Source: Rhizodiscina lignyota
Lineage: Eukaryota
Reading direction: 5' to 3'
DNA length: 64,000 bases
Assembly: GCA_010015805.1 (NCBI GenBank)
Contig: ML978143.1
Location: forward strand, 1 to 64,000
The notes beneath the pieces were generated by a model. It ran no database searches, was not told the DNA's origin, and saw only the letters and a program-made list of their open reading frames with translations. Of the stretch, positions 38,937 through 51,240 are shown one piece after another. The translations under genes and the position numbers were made by a program. Each line of letters starts with the position of its first letter. The first letter of the stretch is position 1.

Positions 38937-39794
38937 TCACCTTATTGTGAATCCTCCATCAACCCGCAAATCCGCTCCATTGACATTTCCCATCCCGTCC
39001 CCACATAGCAATTCAATCACCCCAGCAATCTCTTCTGGCTCGCTGAACCGTCCAGTCGGGATATCAGCCAGATGCTTGTCTCGAACAGGACCTTCGCTCC
39101 AAGCTTTCTTTCCCAACTCTGTCAGTGCAACACCAGGGCTCACGGTGTTTGCAGTGATACCTGCCGAACCCCATTCATTCGCCATGCACTTCGTGAGACC
39201 AATCAGACCAGCTTTCGAAGCGCAGTAAGGCCCATGCCCATCGAGAGCAACGTGAGCAGCCTGTGATGCTATACTAACGATGCGCCCTGGTGGTGCACTG
39301 GCGCCTCCTGTAAGACTGTCCTTCCATGTAGTGTACAGATGGTAGAACGCCTTTGAGACCGTGAATGGTCCGAGAAGGTTCGGAATGATATTTTTCAATG
39401 CTTCTTCTGCTGTCGTATCTGCCAGTGGCGTGACTGAGACATACCCTGCGGCGTTGATACAAATTGAAGGAAAAGCACCAGCAGATTTGGATATTGAAGA
39501 TATTGTTTCAAATGCTGCCGCTACACTGGCCTCGGAGGTGATGTCGCACTCGACAGCGCTTACACCGTCTGGATTGGAGCTGCCGAATGTGGATTCTAAT
39601 ACGGTATCCTTTCTTGAAGCTTCGAAAGGAGCATAGAGAAGGACAAGGTCTGCGCCTTGTGAGCGAAGCCGCTTTCCGGTTGCTGAGCCGAGGCCGCCTT
39701 CAATTGCATATTATCAGCCACGATCCGACGGTGATAATTCACGAAACTAACCCAAGCCACCAGCGATTATTGCCAGTCGTCCAGCATAAGCCAT
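38937..39794 (-). CDS. Short-chain dehydrogenase, GolD/DthD (polyol dehydrogenase)-like, 2 exons
   Basis: AGGLGGLG, CDIT, NAAG, SQAAHVALDGHGPYCASK (YxxxK), VALTELGKKAW, IPTGRF.EPEEIA, DGGFTIR. Intron ~39698-39751. Confidence 0.9.
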
Positions 39795-40374
39795 AATGTC
39801 CTCTTGAAAATTAGTCTTGGACCGTATATCTTCGCTGTGTCCGCTCTCTATAAGTCAGATGAAGGTGGAGAAGTACGCGGGGAGCTTTCCGATGCCAGTG
39901 TACTCCGCAGCCGTCGTAAATTCGGTCGCTGGAAAATTGAATGAACGATTACCAGCTCAGCGCCAATCAGTTTCTGTTTGAAATTAAAGGATCACCGAAG
40001 AATCTAAAGATGTTTGCTTTTCTCATCTAGGCACACAGCTGCATACAATAAACTCCAAGCAATACCCGCTTTGGACGTCAGTAAAATTGTCAGGAAACTT
40101 CTCATAAAGCAAACAGCATTCTCATCCTCCCCACTTCCGGACTCATGAGCCTGCACACACAATATCTCTTCGATAGCGCAAATGAAGTCTCCAGCGTCAG
40201 TTCCAAAGCAGCCACATTGCCACGTTGGATGCCGAACATGGGGTACTTGACCGACACAATCGGCATACGAGGCCTGCAAAACTTCACAGTACTGCCAGAT
40301 CTTTCCTACAGAGACCCTCAGCAAGACATCAGTCGCTGTTGATACGTTCCTTGCAGTGGGTGATGTTTCAGTCT

Positions 40375-41571
40375 CTAGCGAACTTCTACGCCTTGGTCCA
40401 TCGTGTTGATGGCAAGCTGATACAGTGGTAACTTGTCAGGCCAGTTCTCGCCTTGACCAGTAAGAATGGCCACAATGTCATCATTTGTGGGTTCCTTTCG
40501 ATTACCGAGTCGTCTCTTTACCGCGGCTTGCATGTCCCGAACTTCCTGGATCTTCTTCTCTTCCTCCGCACTTGCTGGGCGCGGCGAGGGCGTAGGAGCA
40601 TCTCGATCATCCGACGCATGCATTACGTACGCAGGGGACCCTTGAGGTGGGTTGAGAAGAGCGAGCATGCGTTGCTCATTAATGGATTTGTCGACATCTT
40701 GCCAATCTGGACCAAAAAAGAGCCTCATGTTGTCAGGAGTGTCTTTGCCAGCTCTGACAAGCCGGCGTATTGGGTAGCTATGTTATGATCAGTTCTGAGA
40801 AAGAGATCATCTCGATTATGGATGGACAAACCTGATCCCGGTAGGATTCCTTTCGTCTGGTAGGGTCAGGTTCACAGACTGAGCAAGCGTCTTTGCTTCC
40901 GAGGAAGTACGCGCTACTTTGTTGTAGAATTGATAAGGTTCCGTCTTCGGCCTTTGGCCACAAACTTTCTTGTGCTCCTTCCAGTTATTCTTCTGGCACT
41001 CTCGAGAGCAATACCAGGCGCTACGACACTTGGCACATCTCGACAGCGGTTTCGGGAATGACTTCACCGGTTTCAGACAGCCCTCGCATTTGCCGGCTGT
41101 CTGAGCCAGAGTGTTCAGAAATTCCAGCCAACTTTCGTCGGCTATCCCATCCTCCTTGGCACTGCCAACGTGCACAGTGCAGAGCTGCTCTCTAATACCA
41201 AGAAACTTGAGCTTTGCCTCGACTGCTTTGGCAAGGCCTGAATCATTAGTGGACCATCGAGAAGGTGCAGACAGCGGCTCGTTAGAGATCTGCTCGCCAT
41301 TGGGGCCCCTGTCTACCCCTTGAACGAAAGCTCGGAGGAGAAGTGGTACGACAACATCGGCCTGGGCGGCTGGTGTCGCCAAACACAGAATATCTGCTGG
41401 GCCTGCAGAGGCAACGAACCTACTTTCAGGATGGACGAGGTGAACAAGGTCTTGAGCAGGAATTAAAGGAACACGGCGAATAGAGAAATGCCAGTAATTT
41501 GGGAGGCCAGTTGGAGTTGTTTCAGCTGTTGGTAGCTTCTCAAACTCTTGAGCGACTGCTGCTGCGTCCAT
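40375..41571 (-). CDS. MYND-type zinc-finger protein, 2 exons
   Basis: CEGC...RCAKC..AWYCSRECQKNNWKEHKKVC. Intron ~40780-40830 joins to YPIRRLVRAGKDTPDNMRLFFG. Confidence 0.85.
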
Positions 41572-42029
41572 GGTGATGCAAGCTCGGATCAAATGAACAA
41601 ATGACTCCTGTGACAACTGCAGAGATGGTAATGAAGAACGCTTGCCTGATGATTATTTTTGAAAGTGGGTGTCAGCACGGGAGGGAGCATGAGGTTTATA
41701 TTTAGGTTTCGTCTTATGATGGAGCGGAGCGCCAAGCCTCTAAGGAAGCTCTCCGCAATTCGGCCGGCGGACCCCCGAAGACTCCGCAAATAGGGGTCGT
41801 GTGCTCACAGCACAGGCTTCACGATTGTTTAGAGTCAACTCTCATTGCAGTGCTAACACCATCCTTTTTCTCCCATTGATAGCTACTCTCATGCAACCTA
41901 GCGTATAACATACAATTTCCCATCTTGGGACCCCCATCTTAACCTCCCATCTCGATACCAGCGACATTCCTCCACCAATCCTTACCCCTCCCGCCTCTCG
42001 CATTCTATTTCTCAAATGAACCCCTCACC

Positions 42030-43299
42030 ATGCCCCGAAAACGCAAAAACGGAGGCCAAATAGGCAATAGACACAAAAGGACAGAAGCATCCGGTGGGCT
42101 AGTTTTGAGCAAATGGGAGAGACGCTGGAATTTTACGGCCGCGAAAGATCTCAATTTTACGACGATCAGGGAGGTTCAGAGATTCGTTCGAGGACCTCAT
42201 TGACGGATATGATGCGATGATCAGAGATTCATCCGAGGGACTCGTAGAGAGATACAATACGATGCTCAATAGCGCCTACCGAGAGCGCGTTATAGAACCA
42301 CGAAACCAAGGATGCGTCGCTCGAGTACAGAGACTCAGGTCAGCTGGTTGGACATATCAAGACTTTATGAAACGCCGAAATACTTTTGCGTCAAGAAGCA
42401 ACCGGGAAGACAACCTGTGCAACTCGTGGGCAGATCTAGAGTACGAAGAATACAAACGCCAACGGTAAATGGAGCTCGGTATTCCTCTTGTAAAGAATCA
42501 TGGCAGTGTTGGGCAACAATGAAATCATGAGACGGGCGACAGCGAGGAAGAGTCCTGGGAGCTAGAAGAGGACTATGCCTCAGACAACGGTCTAGAGTTG
42601 AGCGAGGAAAGCATACACTTCTCGGACATATCAGAACGATGCAGCGACAATGGTGACCATGGGTCAAAGTTCAGCTGGACATCAGGTTTGCAAACCTATG
42701 ATGAGGTTTGGAAACAAGAAGATTACGCGGAGGAGGGTAGGGAAGAGGGCAGGAAACTCGTACAGGGAATGGTCGCGAAGATGGACCAGGGCGCAGAAGA
42801 AAAATTGATAGAGCATCTCAGACAGGAGACATAACCTCCGTTGCTCCAAGACCTTCACGGTGTATGGCACCTATACAATCCAGATATCTCAACTGGCTCG
42901 ACAGAATGTCCAGAATACGATGTACTGCGCACGAACGAAATGAATCCGGACATGATTAATTTCGAGCTCTTGGTAAAACGTGTAGGAATACGTCTTGAGC
43001 CGCTTGAGTTTCCTAGGATAGCATCTTTCGAACCGATAAACATCTCCCTTGGGTATTATGGACGATCGCAGGAAGCCGAGCCCATCCAAGGGCAACTCAT
43101 GTTCCTGGCGACGATTGTTTGAGACTCCGACTCCCCAAGTACGTCGTAATTCCTTCCAGACAAGCGTGACACAGGACCCCACGATGAGAAAAGCAGAGTG
43201 GAGAACATGTTGGTATTTTCTGGTCTTCGTACCTCCACTGGAGGCGTACGAAATAGACTTTCAAACCTCCCCAGGCCCACCATGTCCATATCCTCTTGA
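42030..43299 (+). pseudogene. Disrupted hypothetical gene (NLS-like start, acidic middle, FLGxxxLRL...FSG end)
   Basis: Starts MPRKRKNGG. ORFs 42217, 42598 and 42841 share one frame broken by TAA 42466, TGA 42520 and TAA 42832, with frameshifts near 42187, 43105 and 43155. Confidence 0.6.
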
Positions 43300-43305
43300 G
43301 GACAG

Positions 43306-46300
43306 CTATCCAGTCCTCAAAAACTGTGGTATGGCAATTAAAATCATCATTGCGCTCAAGGGGGAAAGAAATGGGACAAAAGCATCTTGCAGATCGGTCT
43401 TGCTAACGAAAACCAGCCAAAGCGCAACGAACACGATGCCCGTCACAGCTGATACAGATAACCATGTCAGTATCTTGCTCAAAGACCACCCTTGTATAGC
43501 ACGAATTCCCCAGCCATCATCTCCCAGTAGGAATGCTGTATGATGTGATCTCTTCGGAATGAGACCAATCGTTTCCTGATCATAGATCCTATCGGGGTAC
43601 CGCATGCCGTGGACAATTTGCCTGCGAGCAATTTCCATATGAACCCTCTCCGATGTCGGACTGCCATTGCTAGTCCTGGCGATTTTATATTCATAATCGT
43701 GATTGCGGGCAGGAAGCCCCAGTCCGAGTTTTGAGACGAAGTATGTATGCTCATGATCTCTTTCATCGAGAACTCCTAGTTCCACCCCCACTATCCGGAG
43801 GTTGGAATGACCATTGACGCATAGCTTAAGCACAACTATAGTGAGCGACCGGCGTACTGCGCATGGAATAGAAATAGATTACATACCTCGATGAATTCAA
43901 TTCCTTGGCAGCTTTTCCAAGATAACAATTGACCAAAACGTCCCCGTGTGGTGTTATATACCTTGTGAAGTCGGCGGAATAGATGAGCATCTGTGGGAGT
44001 CTTTTTCAACTCGATGGGAGACATGGATATTTCTGACAGTTCAGACCAAGGCTTATCGACGCACCAGTATATCGCCTTGTTTGGGATCTGTAGATTTCCG
44101 CTTGGCTGCATCTGAGTGTCAGATGCCGGGGTCGAGCTTAATGCGCTGGAACTCGTAGTGCTGTCTGGCAGAGCGAACGGCGCCACCGATGATGAAGAGT
44201 GTTCTGGCGAAGTTGAGGCCTCGGGGTGGAAAGACTGATTAGGGAAGAAGTTGAAGAAGGAACGTCGACCAAGTCGAGAGCTCGCCGAACACAATGGGTC
44301 TTCGGACGGAGTTGAGATCCGAACACAATGTCTTTTGTACTCCAAAGCGTCTTCAATGGGAACATCGCAGCTTAGGAATTCACCATACCACTGTGAGGGT
44401 AACATTAGCTACTGCTTGTAGATGTGAGTTTAGTAGATAAGTAAGATACATACTTTCCATATCAATCTCATATGCGTCGCATGGCAAGACCTATTTCCTT
44501 GGCGGAATGGCCACCAATCAATTTTCGAGGTGAGAAGTGTTTCAGCGTTTTCCTTGAAGCGGTCGACTACACACAGCCTAGCCACGTGTTCTGATGGAAT
44601 AAAGCATATTTGCCTCAGACCATCGAAGTACATGTCATCGTCATTGAGCGCGTACGGGGTGTACGGGGCTTCAACGCAGCAGATCCATTAGTTCGGAGAA
44701 TCCAACAGATGTAGAGATGGAGCCTTACCTGTTGCTCTCTTCTCGCTGAAAGAAGAAAGAACGTTTTTAGGACGCCAGTCTCGGTTAACAGGAGATGAAG
44801 ACATGTTGCTGCGACCTGAAACCTTTCTGAAAGACATAAACCTCTCACTCACGTATTGTGAGAAACCCCGAGAGATTTCTGTACTTTGCAAAGCATTTAT
44901 CTGAGCCAGAATTCTCTGTCTCCGCTGGCAAAGCCTGCGGTATGTACCGGCAAAACGGACCGATGGCCAAGCGGAGAGTGACGCCCGCGATACAGGTGAC
45001 TGTTCACAAATCCAACCAAACATCAGCTTCCCCCAAGAACATCCTCGTTTCCAGACCCACGATCGTCGCTCAGGATCAGCTGCTATGAATGCCAGATTCA
45101 TCACTGCCGCTATGACGAGGATGGATATCAGGTAAGACCTAAAACTTAATGCGAAAGGTACCACGACTTGTGGCATGGTAAAGTACAAGGTAGTGAGTAT
45201 GACAGGAATGACAGTCTATGATAGATTAGCCGGGAATAATGCACAGTGTCTTTATGGGCAAACCCAGATCGTAAATTTTATATGTTTACTTGCATCATTG
45301 TCTCGATTTTCTGCTTCGATTACCAACCGCAGTTGAAGCTGTGTCGGTCAGAACTTTCCTTTGTTTCGATGCGAGTGAGAATTTGAGCAAAGATTCAAAT
45401 TTACTCACAAATTTGGTAAAACGTTGGCACTCAGCGTTCAAGCGAGTGAGTCTGTACCTGAAGGTCGCCGAGAGAGTCGGCTGTATCTATAATCGCATCT
45501 AGCAATAGGTGAATGCTAGATATCTCATCGGAGCTCTCTGTATTCATGAAGTAGAACATGTCTGAATTCTTGAACCTCTGCAAACTTTCGTTGGTCTTTG
45601 AAAGAGTGGACTTTAGCAGCTCCAGTAGCTGCTCACTCTGAACAGCCCAGTCAAGGGTTTTCCGGAAAAATTCGCCTCGTTCGTTTTTGCGCCCTCGCTT
45701 GCTTGATAGAATGGATGAGTGACAATTTTTCTGCTTGAACATTCAGTATCCAAAACGCTTCAAATGCACCACTTCGAGATACAGAGGATCAGTGCCATAC
45801 CTCAAGGTCTTCTCGGAGGCTGCGCTCTACGCGTGCCATTATATCCTCCCACTCTTTCAGAACTTGAGTTATCCGAGAATTCATTATGGTGAGAAAGTAT
45901 TCTCTTGGATTCCAGATTGGCTGATTGGATTCGAGACAGTCATTGAACTCGTTCCAAGCAGTTGGGTCACAGGGTATGTCAACGCCGTCACTAGTAAGGC
46001 TTAGCCCGTGCCTGAGATCTGTATCATCAACTTTGGTATCGTCGAACGCATATGCAATCCACCGACTGTTATCAGTTCCGCAAATTGTGAATGAAAACTG
46101 GGTTTCATGTAGAACGTAGTGACCATCATCTTGTGACTTCCGTGGTCTCATATGCAAAAATGACAGGTCCCTCCATTTTCTCGGCGGTGACTTCCTTCCT
46201 GGAGCTTCCAATGGAGATTGAAACCGTAATGTGTAGAATGGAAAGAAAAATCCTAGCTGGAAGGTCGTGAAACCCTTACTCTAAGAAGGGGGTAAGTCAG

Positions 46301-47005
46301 AGCACCAACACGTGGTCAATACCTAAGACTTACCGCAATTTTGACTCCAATTGACGCCTCATTACACAAGTGCTTCCAAATGGTATCCTTCAAAGCTGCA
46401 ATTTGGTGATATGAGGCTGTTTCGGCTAGTATACGGACATGGGCCGCATTGATGTTAGCAATGTAGCTATAGAAGATGTCATGAGCCTTTTCATAAGTTG
46501 CATGAGGAGGTACACTCACATCAGGCGCCTATCTGCATCGGGCCGAGTTGGGCAGTTAAATCGCTATGGAAACTTAATTAGCTGCGTAGCCAACCTGAAA
46601 ATGATATGGCTGTTCAGAACACACCGGAGCTTTAAGGTGCTTGTAAAGTTGTTTCGCACTCAAATGACTTGAGCACGATTCACGGCGCAGGCTAGCATTG
46701 TTGGTGGAATAACTTCTTTCGTCAAGCCATGCAGTGTGTTGGCTTTCTGCAGGCCCAGCGTCAGACAGGACCTCCTTCAATCGAACTCCTTGACAGAACT
46801 CTTCCACAGTCTCAATTGTGCGCAACGGCAATGAGTCTTTAGTGTCTCGCAAAAATGGGCCAATCCCGTCGAAGTCTTCACCAAATGCGCCTCTAAAGTG
46901 CCCGCTCCGATTTTCCTCTGTAATATTCCTATCCTTCGAGAAAATTGAATCCCAGTTCTTCGCATAATACCTAGAAGCATAACCTCTCTTTTCGATGGCC
47001 GTCAT
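43306..47005 (-). pseudogene. Multi-exon CorA-like (two C-terminal TM) fungal protein joined to a second WWP-motif/TM domain; apparent frameshift near 45455
   Basis: Exons are linked by canonical introns (DADRRLI/YIANIN, FQLGFFFPF, ETQFSFTICGTDNSRWIAYAF, WNPREYFL). TGA at 45431 is avoided only by a +1 shift (RLTRLNAECQRFTKF/LQLRL). Two TM helices follow, then KIDWWPF and DLQDAF. It could be two genes. Confidence 0.55.
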
Positions 47006-47477
47006 GTTTTGTCGGTCTCAAATCCGTCAGTCTCTTCAGAACGTCGCAGCGAAACTATGTACCCTTTCACTCTGCCATTGCCGTCTATCGGGAAAGCTCA
47101 AGGACACGTCCCCGCAGTGTCCGGGGGTTAATTGCAAGAAAGTGGATCCCAAAAGATATATGTAAAGATGGAGGAACTGAACTTTGATAACACCGGCAGC
47201 GGATATTTGAACTTTTGCGTGTAAAATCGCATTCGCTCTTGGAGGTTGTTCGGAATGAGGCAGACGAAAGAGGGAAGTAAAGCGATTTAATTGAAAAAAA
47301 AGGGCTACCGGTGAGTTGCTATGCAGTCGAAGGTCAGAGATTGAGTTCGCCTTAGGTGAGAAGGATAGCATTGGTGAATTACCTCGTCCAAGCCCTGGAG
47401 GACTGGTATGCCTTACGGGTTACGTGTCAATCCATCACTGGACTTATCACTGTCCCTACCGGCCGCCCTATCCGGAC

Positions 47478-47511
47478 TTTTTTTCCCTTTTTTTTCCCTT
47501 TTTTTTTTGGG
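47478..47511 (+). repeat. Poly-T/pyrimidine tract T7-CCC-T8-CCC-T10
   Basis: Read directly from the sequence. Confidence 0.8.
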
Positions 47512-49161
47512 TAATGTTATGCGTAACTGGAGCGATTGGACCCTTGGATCCTGATGGTGAGCCTTATGGAAGACTTATGGAAAGGGTGAACATTTCAGAA
47601 ACTTCAGAAGCTGTGCTCCTGGAGCAGAGGTACTCGTTGGCCATCCTCCCATATGCAACAGATCTAGATAGGACGAGCTGCAACAAAGAAGGTTGAAACT
47701 CGCCCGATCGAATAGAACAAGACCGCGTCAAGGCTGCAGGTGTACCTTGACACGAGGCCACCGGTCAACAGGCATGCAGGCAGATCCGGATATGCATTCT
47801 GGTCAACTTGTCTTAAGGAGATTATCCAGGTGTGCATATGCCCATAGCCTTGACAAGTTGTTATGTGACAAGGCTCTGGTAGTGGCCATGTCGAAACCGA
47901 CATGGATTTCCGCCTGGTCCATCTTGGGAAGGCCTTCGGCAATCACTAGCTTTGTCCTGCTGCGGCCGCGTAGCATTGTGGCTCCATACAGCACATCAGA
48001 TCGTGATATTCTTTCGTTTGCCATTTATAGTGTCTCTGAAGGCAAGCATGATGAGGCTGTGCGCAGAGCAATACCGCGCGGGGAGGCCGAATTTTTCTAT
48101 GGCTGCGTCGATGTTAGAGCAGGTACAAGAATCTGGGGAGAATGGAGATGTGCAAAGATAAATTACAAGAGGAGTGATGTGAAACTTGTATCTACACATG
48201 ATGGTTTGAAGCTTATGAATGCGATATCGTTGCGGGAGCGAAGATGGCCATCGATGGCTGCTCAGGACACACCCGTTCTCAGGCGTCGCGTCAGCCTCCC
48301 TCTCGCGCTGAACTGTAGAGTATTGCGCATGTGACTGCCGATGAGTCCCCCTGAGTCTCAATGGCGGAAGCAATCGTTGTTGATTAAGATGACACAAAGG
48401 CGAGGATGCTGGATGGTAAGGACAGTCGCCGTTCCTCGGAAAAGGACGGGGTCTTCCTGTTGCCTCCAGGCTCTCTCATCCATTAGCACATACGATGATA
48501 AACACAACCACAGAGACCTCATAAGCATTCCGGCGCCTCGATGCAACACAGGACAGTCATTTATGAGCATTCACCGCACTAGTATATTCTTTGAGCTCTA
48601 ACTGCAATCACGCTGCCCTTTCTCGAAATTTGTGCCGCTACGGCATAGGACAGTGAACCACTCGGCCCGGAATTCTGGCAATTGCCCTTTGGCGATCCAG
48701 ATGGTGTGCGTGATAGGTTCGTTGGACGTGACAGCGTTCTCTGTATGGCCATCGTCTGTTTCTGAATAGTCCACCTAACTTCTCTCTCATACGACTATCG
48801 TATGGGACCTCTTGGCGCGGCGATCCAATCAACTCTTCACATCTGGCAGCATTTCCGACACTCCGGATTCAACTCGCCCGCCTTCGGCAAAGGCGAGTAC
48901 TCCGTAGGGAGCCATGAAATGGAACCCCTTCAAGTGGAGAGTAGTCCGAAGGACAATGGACGATAGCTTATCTTGGCATCATTGCGGAGTCAACTCTGCC
49001 GGTTTGCCGAAACATCTTGATGTCTTCGCCCTCGTGGCATCCCATTACTTGTCCAGATAATTTGCTGGAGCATTCATTGATGTTGCCTCCACGCTCTGTT
49101 CTTTTGTCGCGCTGAGCGGCCGCTCCTCTACAGCTACAAACCGCACAAGCCTGAGATCATC

Positions 49162-51240
49162 ATGGCCTGTAATCTGAACAACTCATGCGCCGAGGAGTGC
49201 AATAACGATTGCAATGGAGCCGATGCTGCGCCTGATATCGAAGACTACAAAACCAAAGTCAAATCTTTGGAGGAGCAAAACCAGACGATGAAACAGCTAC
49301 TGAAGGAACTGGGACACGACATCCAATCAGAAGAAGCCGGCAAGCCGCTCAAACGCAAATTCAGATCCGCGCAATGGTTCTCTCGAGATACCGCCGAGTC
49401 CGGCTTGGCCAGTCTTTACGCTGATCGATACATGAACTTTGGATTTACGAAAGAGGAGCTGACGTCCGGAAAACCGATCATAGGAATTGCGCAGACCGGG
49501 TCGGACATTGCGCCCTGCAACCGCCATCATATCCAAATAGCGAAGAGAGTCAAGCAAGGGATAATCCAAGCGGGCGGAGTTCCTATGGAGTTTCCAATGC
49601 ACCCCATTCAAGAGAGTTCACGGAGGCCCACTGCTACCTTAGATAGAAACCTAGCGTATCTCGGAGTCGTCGAAGTGTTGCATTCGTATCCTTTGGATGG
49701 CGTTGTCCTTTTAACGGGATGTGACAAGACGACGCCAGCTCTTCTGATGGCCGCAGCGACAGTGGTAAGCAGGATCCACCGATATTTAACATGCCTTTGA
49801 CATGGTCTGCCCAGAACCTTCCGTCGATCTGTCTTAATGTCGGACCAATGCTTAATGGCCGCCGAAAAGGAACGTTGATTGGAACAGGGACCATTATGTG
49901 GCGAGCGAGAGAACTGAAGGCGGAGGGCGCAATTGACGACGACGAATTCTTTGATATGGTCACAGCAGGGTCGGTGCCTAACTAACTTCGTGGGGAAGAT
50001 ATAACTGAAAATTGGCGCTAGCTCCCCATCGGTCGGCCATTGCAATACCATGGGAACAGCATCTTCAATGAATGCAATGGCAGAAGCGCTCGGTATGGCA
50101 TTGCCAGGCTCTGCATCCATTCCAGCCGCCTACCGCGAACGAATGCAGTACGCTTACAGAACCGGACAACAGATCGTGGAAATGGTGCACCAGGATCGCA
50201 AACCGAGTGAGATCCTAACACGTAAGGCCTTTGAGAACGCCATTGTCACGAATACCGCGATTGGTGGAAGCTCCAACTGTCCAATCCATCTGATAGCGAT
50301 AGCACGCCATATGGGCGTCGACCTTGATATGGATGACTGGGATCGCCTCGGCTTCCACATACCTCTCCTTGTCAATGTCCAACCAGCCGGTGAAATGCTC
50401 TGTGAGGATTACTACCATGCAGGCTCGCTTCCTGCGGTTATGGCCGAGCTTCTTGATGCCAATAAGCTTCACCCTGAGACATTAACGTGCAATGGCCGCA
50501 CGACTGGAGAGAATGTCAAAGGCAAGCACTCCTGGGACCGAAACACGATTCGGGCATATGACAAGCCGATGAAGAAGAATGCGGGTTTCATTCATTTGAA
50601 AGGCACTCTTTTTGATTCCGCAATCATGAAGACTTCCGTCATCTCGGAGCAGTTCAGAAAAGCTTTCCTGGAAGACCCGGAACATCCGAATTCATTCACA
50701 TGCAGAGTACGAGTGTTTGACGGGCCGGAACATTATGAAGAGACTGTGGACAACGATGATTCAAACCCGGACGACAAGGTTGTTCTGGTCATGAGAGGAG
50801 CTGGCCCGATCGGCTATCCTGGCGCTCCGGAAGTAGTCAACATGCGTGCCCCCAAGAAATTCCTGCAAGCTGGTGTACGCAGCCTCCCCTGCATTGGGGA
50901 CGGTAGACAATCTGGAACTTCCGGATCACCGTCGATACTTCATGTTAGTCCTGAAGCAGCCATAGGAGGGAACCTTGCGATCCTTAAAGATGGGGACATG
51001 GTGAAGTTCGATCTTGACAAAAGAGGAGTTGACCTCTTGCTGTCCGACGAGGAGATCAAGTCCAGGCGCGCTTCAATAATGACCGAGAAGATGAAGCAAT
51101 TAACAGTTGAAAGTCACACACCGTGGCAAGAAATTTTCAGGAACGAGGCAACCCAATTGAATGAAGGAATGGTGCTGAAGACCGCGGTCAAGTATCAGAG
51201 GATAATTGACAAACATCCACAAGTAAGGCACAATCACTGA
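49162..51240 (+). CDS. IlvD/Edd-family [2Fe-2S] sugar-acid dehydratase, D-xylonate dehydratase (XylD)-like, 3 exons
   Basis: [60 protein letters not shown] and terminal RHNH. Introns 49765-49814 and 49970-50021. Confidence 0.93.

Noticed and set aside
9215..51240. Cryptic peroxisomal (PTS1) readthrough extensions on the dehydrogenases and dehydratase
   Set aside because: The stop contexts checked are not TGA-CTA and the extensions do not end in SKL-like tripeptides.
5582..51240. A single sugar-catabolism gene cluster (GH35, aquaglyceroporin, ADHs, SDR, XylD-like)
   Set aside because: The genes are spread over 45 kb among unrelated housekeeping genes, with no transcription factor or sugar porter linking them.
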